Assembly (NCBI GenBank): GCA_016199805.1
Contig: JACQGC010000005.1
Location: 6,019 to 70,018, forward strand
DNA length: 64,000 nucleotides
Reading direction: 5' to 3'
Source: Candidatus Nomurabacteria bacterium
GTDB taxonomy: Bacteria > Patescibacteriota > Minisyncoccia > Phycocordibacterales > UBA9973
A model generated the notes under the pieces. It did not search any database and was not told where the DNA came from. It saw only the letters and a list, made by a program, of their open reading frames with translations. The translations under genes were made by a program, and so were the position numbers. Below, piece after piece: positions 18,246 through 29,594 of the stretch (the first letter of the stretch is position 1; the number at the start of each line of letters is the position of its first letter).

Positions 18246-18295
18246 AGACGAGCTTTTTAGGGCTTATTTTTAAGCACCAAAAAGCTCGTCTCTAA
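18246..18295 (-). terminator. Perfect 14-bp inverted repeat (GAGACGAGCTTTTT...AAAAAGCTCGTCTC) between the thioredoxin-like gene and the DGR target gene. It is a probable bidirectional terminator.
   Basis: Seen directly in the sequence. The stem includes the U-tracts. Confidence 0.4.
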
Positions 18296-18387
18296 GTGAA
18301 TTCTTGTTAAAGAACCTTAAAAATACTGTTGTATAGTATAACATAAAAAACAGCCACGTGTCAATGTTTTTTGGATATTGTGGCCAA

Positions 18388-19098
18388 TTATTGTTTTTTT
18401 GTATTCCCTGCTGGAGTTTTAACTGCCGGAGTTGGATTTGCCGCACTTTGGAGCTTGAAGGAATCTTTGATACGGGTTTCTAGACCCTCCACGCTTTGAA
18501 AACCGGTCAAGACTTCGTCGTCTATGACCATGGCCGGCAGAGCCGTGTCTTTGATTTTGTATATTTGGAGCATAGATTTGACAGCTGAAAGTTCGGTGCT
18601 GTAATCAAAAGAGTATACCCGCAGTTCCGGATATTCTGTGCGCAAAGTGGAAAGCACCAGGCTCTCTTGCTCACACATGCTGCAATTTGCCGCTGTGGTA
18701 TAGAAATACAGAATAAAGGCGGATTTTATTCCGCAACGCACAGAAATCTGCTTCGCCAAGAGATAATCTTTAATCTGTAGTAAAGAGTAATATTTTTGCA
18801 AATAAGCCACTTCATCGGTCGAGCCCAGGTTTTTTTGGCTCCACTCCAGCTTACTGCCAAGTTCCCCCAACTCCGGAGAATATATCGAGTTTGAAATATT
18901 TTTACAAGAAAGTTCTGAAAGCAAAGAAAACTGGGTTTCTGAAGACAAAATATCGATTGATATTTTGTCTTGAATACTTTTCAGCTGATTGATTTTTTGA
19001 TTGCCGAAATAGTTACTCAAATAAATGGCCGTAAAAAAAAGACCCATCGTAATCAACAAAACAATTAAATATTTTTTCCAATCAAAAGTGTCACTCAT
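18388..19098 (-). CDS. Membrane-anchored thioredoxin-like protein with a CxxC motif.
   Basis: It has an N-terminal TM (LIVLLITMGLFFTAIYL). The C-terminal domain carries CSMC in a thioredoxin-like context (YFYTTAANCSMCEQE). Confidence 0.5.
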   Translation of the reverse strand: MSDTFDWKKYLIVLLITMGLFFTAIYLSNYFGNQKINQLKSIQDKISIDILSSETQFSLLSELSCKNISNSIYSPELGELGSKLEWSQKNLGSTDEVAYLQKYYSLLQIKDYLLAKQISVRCGIKSAFILYFYTTAANCSMCEQESLVLSTLRTEYPELRVYSFDYSTELSAVKSMLQIYKIKDTALPAMVIDDEVLTGFQSVEGLETRIKDSFKLQSAANPTPAVKTPAGNTKKQ

Positions 19099-19128
19099 GA
19101 ATTTTATTTATAACTTTATAACTAATAA

Positions 19129-20451
19129 TTATCTCCAAGCCGGCTTCCTGTTTATAATGGTGTTGTACATGGCTTGCATGAGCCAAAACGGGGCAACCAA
19201 ACTGAAAATGGGGAAATAATAAAGCATATCCATGGAAAGACCCCATTTCCCTTCAGCCATCCTTCTGCCAAAAATCATCGAAAAGAAGATTAGAGTATAA
19301 GTAAGAATGACCAAGAAAAAGAAAGTTTGGATATTGATAAAAAATGGATCAAAGACAAAATTCTTGACACCCGGGTGAAAACCGACTGCTTCATACATAA
19401 TAATTTTCGAATACACAAAACTGCTGAAATTGTATACAATTCGCACAAAAAGATAAAAAACAGCTGTCACCGAGGCGATACGAACAGGCAGGGTAAAGAC
19501 AGAAAAATTACCGTATTTCTTTTTAAACAATACTCCCCTGTAATCAATGGTATTGTTGATAAAACCAAAAATCCAGCGCAGACGTTGGCGATAAAGCTTC
19601 GGAATAGTTTTAGGTGTATTAGTATAAACATAGGCATCATTGCAGTGTTCTATTTTATAACGATGTTGTTGCATCCTGTAGGCGATTTCCATATCTTCCG
19701 TATTGTGTCCCAGGCGATAACCACCCAAATCATCAAATACTTTTTTTCTGAAAACCGTCAGAGGTCCGGGTGTGACATCGATAGCCCCCAAAAACGAAAG
19801 CATTTTCTTAAAGTAAACACCCATATAATACTCGGCTTTTTGAGCACCTTGAACAAAGTTTTTGGAATTATGCACTATGACAGAAGGAACCACAGCCATC
19901 AGGCCCGGGTCTTTTTCAAAATAGCTCATGATGCGCACAAGCGATTCTGGGTCTGCAAATGAATCGGCATCTAGGCACCCGAAAAAATCAGTTTCCAAAT
20001 TTTTGAGTCCCAGGTTTAGTGCAGTAAATTTCCCTCCGTTTTCTTTATGAAAAATTTTTATATTAGGGTAAGAAGTGAATTTATTTATGATACTCAGAGT
20101 ATTGTCCGTAGACCCGTCGTCAATCAGGAAAATCTTGAGCTTGTCTTTCGGATAATTCATGGAGAGAAGCGACTGGATTGTATTATGAATAGTAGTCTCT
20201 TCATTCCAGCAAGGTACGGCGATGGTAACTGGCGAATAAAATTTCAATTCTATTTTGCCCTTTCGGGTTATTATTTTATTTCTGTTTTCCAGAAAGGTAA
20301 CGAAGAAAAACACCTGCACGTAAACAGATAAAAAAATGAATATATCAAGAATTATGGTTCCGATTGAAGTCATATATGTGCTATTAACATAGCATTTTTG
20401 GTGAAAAAAGCAAACCCCGCACCAGAGCAAAGCTCGGTACGGGGCAAGCAA
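19129..20451 (-). CDS. Processive family-2 glycosyltransferase (cellulose/chitin-synthase-like), integral membrane.
   Basis: It has the DDGSTDNT (DxD) motif, the CLDADS motif and the QRLRWIFG (QxxRW) motif. Multiple TM helices flank the catalytic domain. The true start may be the internal Met near 20373. Confidence 0.7.
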   Translation of the reverse strand: MLAPYRALLWCGVCFFHQKCYVNSTYMTSIGTIILDIFIFLSVYVQVFFFVTFLENRNKIITRKGKIELKFYSPVTIAVPCWNEETTIHNTIQSLLSMNYPKDKLKIFLIDDGSTDNTLSIINKFTSYPNIKIFHKENGGKFTALNLGLKNLETDFFGCLDADSFADPESLVRIMSYFEKDPGLMAVVPSVIVHNSKNFVQGAQKAEYYMGVYFKKMLSFLGAIDVTPGPLTVFRKKVFDDLGGYRLGHNTEDMEIAYRMQQHRYKIEHCNDAYVYTNTPKTIPKLYRQRLRWIFGFINNTIDYRGVLFKKKYGNFSVFTLPVRIASVTAVFYLFVRIVYNFSSFVYSKIIMYEAVGFHPGVKNFVFDPFFINIQTFFFLVILTYTLIFFSMIFGRRMAEGKWGLSMDMLYYFPIFSLVAPFWLMQAMYNTIINRKPAWR

Positions 20452-20466
20452 AAAGCTACTAAAATA

Positions 20467-20793
20467 TTACATTCCCTTGTCCATCCCCTCCGCACTGCAG
20501 GATGCGCAGGCCTCCATGCATTTCTTGCACTTGCAACCGAACATCTGAGCAATCGCCGCGACACCCACCAAGAGGTAAATTATTGCCTCCAGGGTTGGCA
20601 TAGATCCGAAAATCAAATTAATGACATTTAGATTGTTGCCCATCAACATTCCCAAACCTACCAAACCCCAATTTAAACCTCCGATCATTATCAAAACCAT
20701 ACAAATCTTGTGCACCATGCAACCTCCGCATTTTCCATTACACATATATTTTTTATATGTTAAATAATAATACACAAAGTATACCATGTTCAT
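20467..20793 (-). CDS. DUF378-family small membrane protein with a Cys-rich C-terminal tail.
   Basis: The GGLNWGLVGLGMLMGN and IYLLVGVAAIAQMFG helices match the DUF378 signature. A CKCKKCMEACASC tail follows. The real start is probably an internal Met (about 20718). Confidence 0.5.
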   Translation of the reverse strand: MNMVYFVYYYLTYKKYMCNGKCGGCMVHKICMVLIMIGGLNWGLVGLGMLMGNNLNVINLIFGSMPTLEAIIYLLVGVAAIAQMFGCKCKKCMEACASCSAEGMDKGM

Positions 20794-20838
20794 AAAATAT
20801 GCTACAATGGTTTATTAACAGTTTAATTAAATAAACAA

Positions 20839-21630
20839 ATGGAGGAAAATAATATCGAGTTTACAAACAAAGAAACAGTGGTGGGGAGCAACAAAAACAA
20901 CGGTCCACAACAAATAGCCGGGGCCATCATTTTAGCAGGCATAATAATAGCTGGCGCGGTTTTATTGAAAAGTAATGGGACTCCTTCTACTCCAAACGGA
21001 GCGAATAACGGAGCCCCGGTAATATCCAAAATATCCCCGGTGAACCCAAGCGACAGAGTTCAAGGAAATCCCCAAGCAAAAGTTACCTTGGTTTTGTATG
21101 AGGACTTTCAATGTCCTTTCTGTGGCGCGGTGTCGGGATTGGAACCAAATAGCTTGGTAATACAGTCCTTAAAACAACGAGACCCGAGCTGGTCACCTTT
21201 TATGCTGGGTCTCAAGGACTATATCACGAACGGCAGTGTGCAGTTTGTCTATCGGGACTGGGCCTTTCTCGGAGCAGAGTCTACCCAATCAGCCGAAGCC
21301 GCAAGATGCGCCGGAGACCAGGGAAAATTCTGGGAATTTCATGATTATCTTTATGTCCACCAAAATGGAGAAAATAAAGGAGCCTTTTCCGATGTTCATC
21401 TGAAAGCTTTCGCTAAAACATTGGGACTGGACACCACGGCCTTTGGCCAATGCTTAGACAGCAACAAGTACGCGCAAGCCGTAGCGGACTCCAAAACCGA
21501 GGGAATGGTGGATGGAATCACCGGCACGCCAAAAGGATTTATTTTGGTAAAAGGCAAAATAGTATCGACAATCGATGGAGCTGAATCGTGGACAACGGTA
21601 AAACCAAAAATTGACGCTGCGCTGAAGTAA
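20839..21630 (+). CDS. DsbA-family thiol:disulfide oxidoreductase, membrane-anchored.
   Basis: A GGAGG RBS sits upstream. It has an N-terminal TM. The FQCPFCGAV CxxC active site lies in a thioredoxin fold. The DsbA-like alpha-helical insert contains ARCAGDQGKFWEFHDYLY. Confidence 0.7.
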   Translation: MEENNIEFTNKETVVGSNKNNGPQQIAGAIILAGIIIAGAVLLKSNGTPSTPNGANNGAPVISKISPVNPSDRVQGNPQAKVTLVLYEDFQCPFCGAVSGLEPNSLVIQSLKQRDPSWSPFMLGLKDYITNGSVQFVYRDWAFLGAESTQSAEAARCAGDQGKFWEFHDYLYVHQNGENKGAFSDVHLKAFAKTLGLDTTAFGQCLDSNKYAQAVADSKTEGMVDGITGTPKGFILVKGKIVSTIDGAESWTTVKPKIDAALK

Positions 21631-21644
21631 AAACAAAAACAAAG

Positions 21645-21677
21645 TAAAAAAATTCCCCAATATGGGGAATTTTTTTA
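21645..21677. terminator. Bidirectional rho-independent terminator between the convergent dsbA-like gene and rpoD.
   Basis: AAAAAATTCCCCAATATGGGGAATTTTTTT has a 9-bp stem, a 3-nt loop, an A-run 5' and a T-run 3'. Confidence 0.7.
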
Positions 21678-21682
21678 CTTTG

Positions 21683-22918
21683 TTAGTCGAAGTAATTTTT
21701 TAAACGAGAAATTTTCTCGTGCTGTCGGAGCTTTTCATGCACCTTGGCTTCAATCTGGCGGATGCGCTCACGGGTCACGCCGAATTCTTCCCCCACTCTC
21801 TCCAGAGTGTGCTGTATACCGTCTATGAGCCCGTAACGCATTTCCAGAATTTTGCGTTCTTTCGGGTTGAGCTCGTCTAAGACTTCGCGGATTTGATCGG
21901 AAAGAATTCGACGGGAAGATTCCTGGTCTGGACGCAAGATTTTGTCGTCCGGAATAAAGTTTTCCAGAGTGGATTTATCATCATCGTCCCCGACTGGCTG
22001 CTCGAGCGACACTGTCTCTTGGGAAATGTTTTCGATGACATGAATCTTTTCGACAGGTATACCCATCTCGGTGGCTATCTCTTCAGCTAACGGTTCACGG
22101 CCCAAGTCTTGCGAGAGGCGGCGGTGAGTCTGTTTGTATTTGGAAATTGTCTCCACCATATGTACCGGAATACGAATAGTGCGGGATTGGTCGGCCAAGG
22201 CGCGGGTAATGGATTGGCGAATCCACCAGGTGGCATAAGTGGAAAATTTATAACCCTTAGTCCAGTCGAACTTCTCTACAGCCTTGAACAGTCCAAGATT
22301 TCCTTCTTGAATCAAATCAAGTAAAGTCAGGTTCGCACTTCGCCCCACATATTTTTTGGCGATAGAAACCACCAAGCGCAGGTTGGCTCGGGCCAGCAGA
22401 TTTTTAGCCTCTTCGTCACCGTGTTCGATACGTTTAGCCAAGTCCTTCTCGTCACTCGCATGAATGAGCGGGTACTGCCCTATTTCCTTCAGGTACATCT
22501 GGATGGAATCATGCATGGACCCTTTATTCAAATCCTTATCGTTCAAATCAATATCCAAGTTAAGCAAGTTTCCGCCTTCGAGTACGTCGATACCGGCCAC
22601 GGCAAACTTTTCATAAAGCTCGTCCAAAAAGAGAATGTTGTTTTCTATGTCTGGGAAAGTTTTCAATATCTCGTCGTAAGTGATAAACCCGCGCTTTCTG
22701 CCTTTTTCTATTATTCCGTTTGCCAAAACGTCCAAGGCCTCGGCTTTTTTCTCAACAGAAGATAGTTTTTTTGCTTTTGTTCCCGACCCATGTCGGGATC
22801 CCGACTTTGGTCGGGACTTTTTGACTTTTTTTGCGGGTTTCTTGACCTTTTTAACTGGTTTTTTAGTTTTTTTGACGGCTTTATTTTTTTTATTTATTTT
22901 TTTGTTTTTCTTTTTCAT
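21683..22918 (-). CDS. rpoD: RNA polymerase sigma-70 factor RpoD with a Lys-rich N-terminal extension.
   Basis: Region 2 reads [39 protein letters not shown]. Regions 3 and 4 include [20 protein letters not shown]. Confidence 0.92.
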   Translation of the reverse strand: MKKKNKKINKKNKAVKKTKKPVKKVKKPAKKVKKSRPKSGSRHGSGTKAKKLSSVEKKAEALDVLANGIIEKGRKRGFITYDEILKTFPDIENNILFLDELYEKFAVAGIDVLEGGNLLNLDIDLNDKDLNKGSMHDSIQMYLKEIGQYPLIHASDEKDLAKRIEHGDEEAKNLLARANLRLVVSIAKKYVGRSANLTLLDLIQEGNLGLFKAVEKFDWTKGYKFSTYATWWIRQSITRALADQSRTIRIPVHMVETISKYKQTHRRLSQDLGREPLAEEIATEMGIPVEKIHVIENISQETVSLEQPVGDDDDKSTLENFIPDDKILRPDQESSRRILSDQIREVLDELNPKERKILEMRYGLIDGIQHTLERVGEEFGVTRERIRQIEAKVHEKLRQHEKISRLKNYFD

Positions 22919-22943
22919 TTTTTTGCTAATGCTTAAGGCCTAG

Positions 22944-24680
22944 TTACCTAGCGCCTGTGTTAAAACGACCGTTTTTAATGTTTTCTTTTTTCTTGTTTAA
23001 TTCACTTATTTCTTTTAAAATTCTTTTTCCTGTTTCTTCTTCTTTGGTTTGCCTTAATTCCATCATTTTTTTATTTAATTCTTCGTTTATATTTTCCTCT
23101 TCGAGATTTAGAAACATTTCGTTGACACTTTTTTTTAAATCTTCGTTGTTTGAGTAAAACACTTCCGCTTCAAATATCAGGTCTTCTTTTATGTTTTCAA
23201 ACTTTTTGTCAATTTCTCCCAGTTTTTCCAGAATCTTTTTAAAATCTACAATTGGTTCAGCAACCGATTGCTGCCAAAGAGCTATCCCTAAAAGCTTTCG
23301 CTCAATGTAATCTTTTCTGTACAACTTATTTAAGGCCTCCCCGGCTACTTTTATCTCATCTTTCTCGTATTTTTGTTCTTGCTCAATATTTTTTAAATCA
23401 TCCTGAAGGGCACTTTCTTTAATTCCGGACAAATCGCTTATTTTTTTCACAAAGTACGCTTTCTCTATGGAGCTCTCTAGCGCGTTGACGAACGGAAGTA
23501 TCACAACTTTTATTTCCCTGCCCGCCTTGCGCATATCTCCTTTGCAGTTTTTTAAAACTTTTTTCAAAAGAAATTCTATAATGTGTTTTGAATTTTTTAT
23601 TGCTTCTTTCCATGCTTCTACTCCATTCTTTGAAATCAAATCTGCCGGGTCCACACCTTCCGGCATTTCCACCACTTTTACATCCATGCCGAGCGAAAGA
23701 GCAATTTTACCAGCCCGAATGGTAGCATTGGCCCCTGCCTTGTCGGCATCGAAACTGAGCACAATATTACCGGAGAGCCTGCGGATAAGTCCCAAATTGG
23801 AAACGACATGTTCTTTGGATACGGTAGAGTCTGCCAAAGCGGTGCCGGATGTGGACACTGTGTTTTTATACCCTGCCTGGTGCGACAATATCAAATCCAT
23901 TTGGCCCTCGACCAAGATGGAAAAATTATTTTTGCGAATGGAATCTTTGGCTTTGTCTATCCCAAATAGCACTGCGTTTTTACTGAAAATTGGCGTCTCG
24001 GGGCTGTTTAGATATTTGGCCGATTTGCCATCATCTACAAAAATTCTACCGGAGAAAGCTATCACCCGCCCGCTCGAATCAGAAATCGGAAACATTATAC
24101 GTCCGCGAAATCTGTCGTACCATGCTTTCATGGCATTATCTTTGACTAGACCGGCACGTTCCATAATTTTATCGCTAAAATTCTTAGACTTTAGGTGTTC
24201 AAAGAGCTTGTGCCAGTCAAGCAATGCAAACCCGATTCTAAAATCTTTTATAGATTTATCGTTCAGTCCTCTGTTTTTCAAATACTCCAGAACTTCCTGA
24301 TTATTTACCAAATTATTTTCAAAAAATTTAGTAGCTTCTTCCATTACCCTATACAACTTCTCTTTCTCACTTTCCGCTTCCTTCATCTCCAGGCTGTAAA
24401 CCTCAAGTTGCACTCCGGCCCGGTCTGCGAGTAGCCGGAGCGCGCCCTTGAAATCCAAACCTTCAAATTCTTCCACGAAAGTAAATATGTCTCCCGAAGC
24501 TCCGCAGCCGAAGCAATAGTATGTCCCCCGGTCTACAGACACAAAGAAAGACGGAGTCTTTTCGTTGTGAAAAGGACATCGGGCTTTCAGGTTTGATCCT
24601 GCCCGCTCCAGCTTTATATAAGAAGAGACCACTTCTTCAATTGACAGTCTTTCCTTTATTTTTGCAACGGGAGAATTCAT
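22944..24680 (-). CDS. dnaG: DNA primase DnaG.
   Basis: It has a CHC2 zinc finger (CPFHNEKTPSFFVS...YYCFGCGASGD) and a Toprim domain (EGQMDLILS, SFDADKAG). Confidence 0.92.
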   Translation of the reverse strand: MNSPVAKIKERLSIEEVVSSYIKLERAGSNLKARCPFHNEKTPSFFVSVDRGTYYCFGCGASGDIFTFVEEFEGLDFKGALRLLADRAGVQLEVYSLEMKEAESEKEKLYRVMEEATKFFENNLVNNQEVLEYLKNRGLNDKSIKDFRIGFALLDWHKLFEHLKSKNFSDKIMERAGLVKDNAMKAWYDRFRGRIMFPISDSSGRVIAFSGRIFVDDGKSAKYLNSPETPIFSKNAVLFGIDKAKDSIRKNNFSILVEGQMDLILSHQAGYKNTVSTSGTALADSTVSKEHVVSNLGLIRRLSGNIVLSFDADKAGANATIRAGKIALSLGMDVKVVEMPEGVDPADLISKNGVEAWKEAIKNSKHIIEFLLKKVLKNCKGDMRKAGREIKVVILPFVNALESSIEKAYFVKKISDLSGIKESALQDDLKNIEQEQKYEKDEIKVAGEALNKLYRKDYIERKLLGIALWQQSVAEPIVDFKKILEKLGEIDKKFENIKEDLIFEAEVFYSNNEDLKKSVNEMFLNLEEENINEELNKKMMELRQTKEEETGKRILKEISELNKKKENIKNGRFNTGAR

Positions 24681-24683
24681 AAT

Positions 24684-25208
24684 TTATTTTGTAAACTTAA
24701 AGGTGGAAAGAATTTGGTCGAATAATTTAACATCTAGCTTGTTATTTATTGCTATATAATCTTGTTTGTTATTCTGGCTAAAAGAATAAGAGATCTCACC
24801 ACAATCGTCTTCCCGATTCATACTAATACCATTAATAATTTTTGTTGTTGTTTGAGTGTCATAACACCCCTCGCCAAAACTAAATCCTGGATTATTTATT
24901 ATTAAAGAAAATCCTTTTTCTGTATTAGTTGAATCAGTCACAGCCAAAGTGTTAACCACACCACCAGTTTTATTCTCTGAATAGGAAAAATTTGCTGGAT
25001 ACTGAAATTCGAAACCATACTTATTGCTTGTATAAGTTTTCCAATTTGCTGTTTCGTACGCAGTAGTTACTGGAACTTGCTGGACAGCCGGCTCCGAGCT
25101 TTTCTCCAACATTCTTGTGAAAGCAAAATATCCGCCAATTAACACAAGCAGAACTGCAGCCACTCCAACCACAAACCCACCTACAAAACCTTTTTGACTA
25201 TTTTTCAT
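24684..25208 (-). CDS. Membrane-anchored hypothetical protein.
   Basis: It has an N-terminal TM (FVGGFVVGVAAVLLVLIGGYFAF). It shows no recognisable catalytic motif. Confidence 0.45.
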   Translation of the reverse strand: MKNSQKGFVGGFVVGVAAVLLVLIGGYFAFTRMLEKSSEPAVQQVPVTTAYETANWKTYTSNKYGFEFQYPANFSYSENKTGGVVNTLAVTDSTNTEKGFSLIINNPGFSFGEGCYDTQTTTKIINGISMNREDDCGEISYSFSQNNKQDYIAINNKLDVKLFDQILSTFKFTK

Positions 25209-25319
25209 ACTATTTTGTTAAATTGTTAATAATTTTGCTTGACATTTTGTTTGTATTTGCTATACTATGGGTATTCCTTCGAAAAAGTCGCGCTTCGCGG
25301 CTTTTTCTTTTTGTCTCAA

Positions 25320-25922
25320 TTATACTGCTTTTTGAATAATTTTCTTTATATTCTGTAATTCTATCAATTGAACAGGGCTGCCTTCTTGATTTGTAAGTTT
25401 TTTCAACTTTTTTGAAAGGCGTTTATATCCGCTATTTTCTACAGGAAGCGCGCTTGAGAAAATACGAACTTTTGTTTCTCTTTTAATGATTTCTTCTATC
25501 AAGAAAGCAAAATCTCCATCACCTGTAAACAACAAAACCTCTGTATCTGCTTCAGAATTTTTTAGGACATCGAGCGTCATTTCTACGTCACAATTACATT
25601 TCCAAGAATACCCCATATCAACTTTATGAACCACATCTATTTTACAATTCGGGCAAATAACGCTGCTTACCTTGTCCTGATTTTTATAAACACGATATTC
25701 TTTTGCGCGAACAATAACTTCAGATTTATTGCTAGTTAAATTAAGAAATAGATTTTTTCTAATTTCATCGTTTTCTTGTATTCCAGGATAAAAGAAGATT
25801 TTTTCACAATTCCAACGTGTCTCCAGATAATTAATTAGTTTTTGCCAATCAAAAATAAAGTTTAACACTTTTAATGCTGTTGTTTCTGTATTTTGAACAT
25901 CTATAAAGGCAAATGTTTTCAT
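25320..25922 (-). CDS. NYN-domain (LabA/PIN-like) predicted ribonuclease with a small zinc-ribbon insert.
   Basis: It carries FIDVQN and GDGDF motifs. It has a CPNC...CNC insert. Confidence 0.5.
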   Translation of the reverse strand: MKTFAFIDVQNTETTALKVLNFIFDWQKLINYLETRWNCEKIFFYPGIQENDEIRKNLFLNLTSNKSEVIVRAKEYRVYKNQDKVSSVICPNCKIDVVHKVDMGYSWKCNCDVEMTLDVLKNSEADTEVLLFTGDGDFAFLIEEIIKRETKVRIFSSALPVENSGYKRLSKKLKKLTNQEGSPVQLIELQNIKKIIQKAV

Positions 25923-25973
25923 ATTAGATTTAACACAAAAACTATTACAAACCTCGTTCTCTTTATTTATGGA

Positions 25974-28900
25974 TTATTTTTCAAGAACAACCTTACTCTT
26001 GAATCCGGTTCCGGCTGGAATGAGTCTTCCTATTATCACATTTTCCTTCAAACCTCGGAGATTGTCCACTCCCCCTTTGATGGCGTTTTCGATGAGGACT
26101 CGGTTGGTGTTTTGGAATGATGCCGCTGAGAGCCAGGATTTGGTTCGGAGTGATACTTCGGTAATACCTAGAACCACTATTTCCGCGGTGGCTTTTTTAC
26201 CATTTGTGTCTTCCACTCTGAAATTCTCTTCAATGAAAGCGGTATTTTCCACTATGTCTCCGGTAGAGAAATTGGTTTCTCCGGCATCTTTTATCTTTCG
26301 GCGGGAGAACATCTGGCGAATAATTATTTCGGTGTGCTTCCTTGAAATAGAGGCGCTTTGCAATTCGTAGACTTTGTTTATTTCCTGAATGATATATTCT
26401 TCAACCAATTCTTTGCTTCCAAGCTTGAACATCTCGGCAATGTCGGCGGAACCATCGGTCAGAAGCTGGCCTTTTTTGACGGAATCCCCGGCTTTGACTA
26501 CCGGTGTTCGGCGGAAAGCAACGAGATATTCCATTTCATTTTTCTTGCCATCTTCTTTGCTGTCAGAAAGAACTTTGATTATTTTTTCTTTACCATCTTT
26601 GGCGGTAATAGAAATCACTTCTCCGTCAGTCTCGGAAATAATAGCCGGATTTTTAGGAATTCTTCTTTCGAAGATTTCTTCGACACGAGGCAGACCGGTG
26701 GTGATATCCGTTCCCGCCACACCTCCGGCATGGAATGTTCGGAGCGTGAGCTGGGTACCCGGTTCGCCGATAGCTTGCGCGGCGATGATACCGACAGCTT
26801 CACCTTCTTTTACCAAATGGTTTCTACCAAGGTCGAGTCCGTAACATTGAACACACAGACCGTGCACTGTTTTACAGGTGAGTGGTGAGCGGACGAATAC
26901 TTCTTTGAATCCTGCTCCTTCAATATTGTAAGCTTCTTCTTTGGTTACCAAGAATCCTCTCTTGTAAACCACTTTACCGCTTTCATCTTTCAAATCTGCG
27001 GCAAGCACGCGTCCGCGAATGTTTTTCGAAAGCGGAATTTCCATTCCGGAAATATTTTCCTTGGAAACCATTTTACCTTCTTTGGTTCCGCAGTCTTCTT
27101 CGGTGATGACGACATCTTGCGCCACATCCACCAATCTTCGGGTCAGATACCCGGCCTTGGCGGTGTTTAGCGCGGTGTCAGAGGCTCCCTTCCTAGCTCC
27201 GTGAGTAATGACGAAATATTCAATCGGGGAAAGACCTTCCTGATAACAAGGAATAATCGGGAATTCCAATGTCTTGCCTTGGTTGTTTTGGATAAGTCCA
27301 ATCATACCGGTCATCTGCATCAAGCTGGACATCGTGCCTCTGGCTTTGGAAGTAAACAAGTCATAAGTTGAACCGGTTTTATCCAAAGTTTTTGGTAAAA
27401 CTTTTTCCAACTCTTTCTTGGTATGAGTCCAGATTTCAATAATCTTTTGATATTTTTCTTCTTCCGAAAGCAAACCTTCGCTCCATTCCGAGATTATTTG
27501 TTCCTCGAGTTTTTTACCTTCGGCAATAATTTTTGGCTTCTCGGCAGATACGGAGACATTGTCCAGTCCCCAAGTCGTGCCAGAAACAGTGGAATATTTA
27601 AAACCGAATGCTTTAATCTTGTCGAGAATAGCCGGAGTACTGTCCACGCCGCAATGCACTATAAGTTCATCGAGGAGTGCTATCAGCCTGTCCTGGGTCA
27701 TTTCATCATTTAGGTAAGCGAAGTCGGACGGGAGAATACTGTTGAAAAGAAGTTTTCCGACAGATGTTTCAAAAATTCCTCCATCAAATTTTCTGTACTT
27801 GTGCGAATCGGTCGCCAAAACTTTTATTTTGGCGCGGAAAGAAATGATACCGTAATCATAGGCAGTGATGGCGGTGTTTGGGCTTGCAAAATATTTACCT
27901 TCCCCAAGTTCGCCTTCCACCGATTTGGTCATCCAATAACTTCCAAGCACCATATCCATGCGAGGGTTCACTATAGGTTCGCCGTTTTGAGGCTTGAGTA
28001 AATTTTTATTTGAGGCCATCAATTCTTTCGCTTCTCTCTGCGCTTCTTCCAAGAGCGGAACATATACGGCCATCTGGTCTCCGTCGAAGTCGGCATTGAA
28101 AGCCTGACAAACGAGAGGGTGCACCTGCACGGCGTTTCCTTCTATTAGAATAGGATTGAACGCTTGAATACCGAGGCGGTGTAAAGTAGGCGCGCGGTTT
28201 AGGAGCACGTACTTACCTTTAATCACTTCTTCCAACATTTCCCAGACGACACTGTCGCGCTCTTCTATCAGCTTGTTGGCTCCACGAATGTTGAAGGCCA
28301 ATTCGGCTTGCAAAATTTTTGAAATAACGAATGGTCGGAATAGCTCAAGAGCCATGTGTTTCGGCAATCCACATTGGTTCAATTTTAGGTCCGGACCGAC
28401 GACGATAACGCTGCGACCGGAATAGTCTACACGCTTGCCTAGCAGGTTCTGTCGGAAAAGACCTTGCTTGGATTTCAAGTTGTCAGAAAGAGATTTAAGA
28501 GGGCGCTTTTGGGACTGGCTCATTGCTGCAGAGTCATTCTGCTTGGCGATGGAGTTGTCTATGAGCGCATCCACAGCTTCCTGAATGATTCTTTTTTCGT
28601 TTCGGAGGATTACGTCCGGGGCATTGATTTCTTTCAGTTTTTTTAGACGATTGTTTCTGTTGATAACCCGGCGGTACAAATCGTTCAAGTCACTCGTCGC
28701 ATGTCTGCCTCCATCGAGAGCCACCATCGGGCGGAGCACCGGTGGAATGACTGGAATAACCGTCAAAAACATCCACTCCGGCCTGATGTTGGCGTAAGTC
28801 ATGGCGCGAATGAGCGAGAGTCTTTTTTGTAGTTTTTCTTTTTCAACCGCACTGGCTTTTTCCAACATCTTTTCCGTCAAATGTTTCAGCTTGTTCAAAT

Positions 28901-29576
28901 CAAGATTCTTGAAGATAGTGTAAATGGCTTCCGCGCCGATGTTGGCTTCAAAACAAGTACCGTATTTCAAGGAATAATGATGGAAGGATATTTCATTTAA
29001 AACTTTTCCTTCATAAATTTCTCCGATTTCTTTTTTGGTAATCGAGAGCAAAGTTTTCAACTTCTCCCGGGTATCGTTATCGGCTGAATTTTTTGATTTG
29101 GTCTTGAATTCTCTGTCCAAGTTCGAAAGGATAGTTTCCTTTTCGTCTTCGTGAACCTTGGTGATGATGTATCCGGCGAAATATATAACCTTTTCCAAAT
29201 CGGAAACGGAAATATTTAAGAGAATACTCATTCGGGAAGGCACGCCACGCAAGAACCAGATATGGGAAACCGGAGTGGAAAGTTCGATGTGGCCCATGCG
29301 TTCTCGGCGAACGATAGAACGGGTGACTTCGACTCCGCATTTCTCGCAGATGATATCTTTGTAACGAATTCGGCGGTATTTTCCGCAGTAACATTCATAG
29401 TCCTTCTCCGGTCCGAAAATTTTCTCGTCGAAAAGACCTCCGCGCTCACTTCGGCCGGTTCGGTAATTTATGGTTTCCGGTTTGGTCACTTCTCCGAAAG
29501 ACCATTCTTTTATTTGCTCGGGCGACGCAAGTCGGAGAGCAATGGAATCAAATTCTGTTGTATTTAGTGTTTTCAT
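25974..29576 (-). CDS. rpoC: DNA-directed RNA polymerase beta' subunit.
   Basis: The [14 protein letters not shown] catalytic motif is present. It is collinear with RpoC throughout 1200 aa. Confidence 0.97.
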   Translation of the reverse strand: MKTLNTTEFDSIALRLASPEQIKEWSFGEVTKPETINYRTGRSERGGLFDEKIFGPEKDYECYCGKYRRIRYKDIICEKCGVEVTRSIVRRERMGHIELSTPVSHIWFLRGVPSRMSILLNISVSDLEKVIYFAGYIITKVHEDEKETILSNLDREFKTKSKNSADNDTREKLKTLLSITKKEIGEIYEGKVLNEISFHHYSLKYGTCFEANIGAEAIYTIFKNLDLNKLKHLTEKMLEKASAVEKEKLQKRLSLIRAMTYANIRPEWMFLTVIPVIPPVLRPMVALDGGRHATSDLNDLYRRVINRNNRLKKLKEINAPDVILRNEKRIIQEAVDALIDNSIAKQNDSAAMSQSQKRPLKSLSDNLKSKQGLFRQNLLGKRVDYSGRSVIVVGPDLKLNQCGLPKHMALELFRPFVISKILQAELAFNIRGANKLIEERDSVVWEMLEEVIKGKYVLLNRAPTLHRLGIQAFNPILIEGNAVQVHPLVCQAFNADFDGDQMAVYVPLLEEAQREAKELMASNKNLLKPQNGEPIVNPRMDMVLGSYWMTKSVEGELGEGKYFASPNTAITAYDYGIISFRAKIKVLATDSHKYRKFDGGIFETSVGKLLFNSILPSDFAYLNDEMTQDRLIALLDELIVHCGVDSTPAILDKIKAFGFKYSTVSGTTWGLDNVSVSAEKPKIIAEGKKLEEQIISEWSEGLLSEEEKYQKIIEIWTHTKKELEKVLPKTLDKTGSTYDLFTSKARGTMSSLMQMTGMIGLIQNNQGKTLEFPIIPCYQEGLSPIEYFVITHGARKGASDTALNTAKAGYLTRRLVDVAQDVVITEEDCGTKEGKMVSKENISGMEIPLSKNIRGRVLAADLKDESGKVVYKRGFLVTKEEAYNIEGAGFKEVFVRSPLTCKTVHGLCVQCYGLDLGRNHLVKEGEAVGIIAAQAIGEPGTQLTLRTFHAGGVAGTDITTGLPRVEEIFERRIPKNPAIISETDGEVISITAKDGKEKIIKVLSDSKEDGKKNEMEYLVAFRRTPVVKAGDSVKKGQLLTDGSADIAEMFKLGSKELVEEYIIQEINKVYELQSASISRKHTEIIIRQMFSRRKIKDAGETNFSTGDIVENTAFIEENFRVEDTNGKKATAEIVVLGITEVSLRTKSWLSAASFQNTNRVLIENAIKGGVDNLRGLKENVIIGRLIPAGTGFKSKVVLEK

Positions 29577-29594
29577 ATTATTTATTTGATTTGA

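Noticed and set aside
23467-24300. 277-aa plus-strand ORF inside dnaG.
   Set aside because: It is antisense to the well-supported primase gene. It has a Ser/Leu-rich composition typical of a shadow frame.
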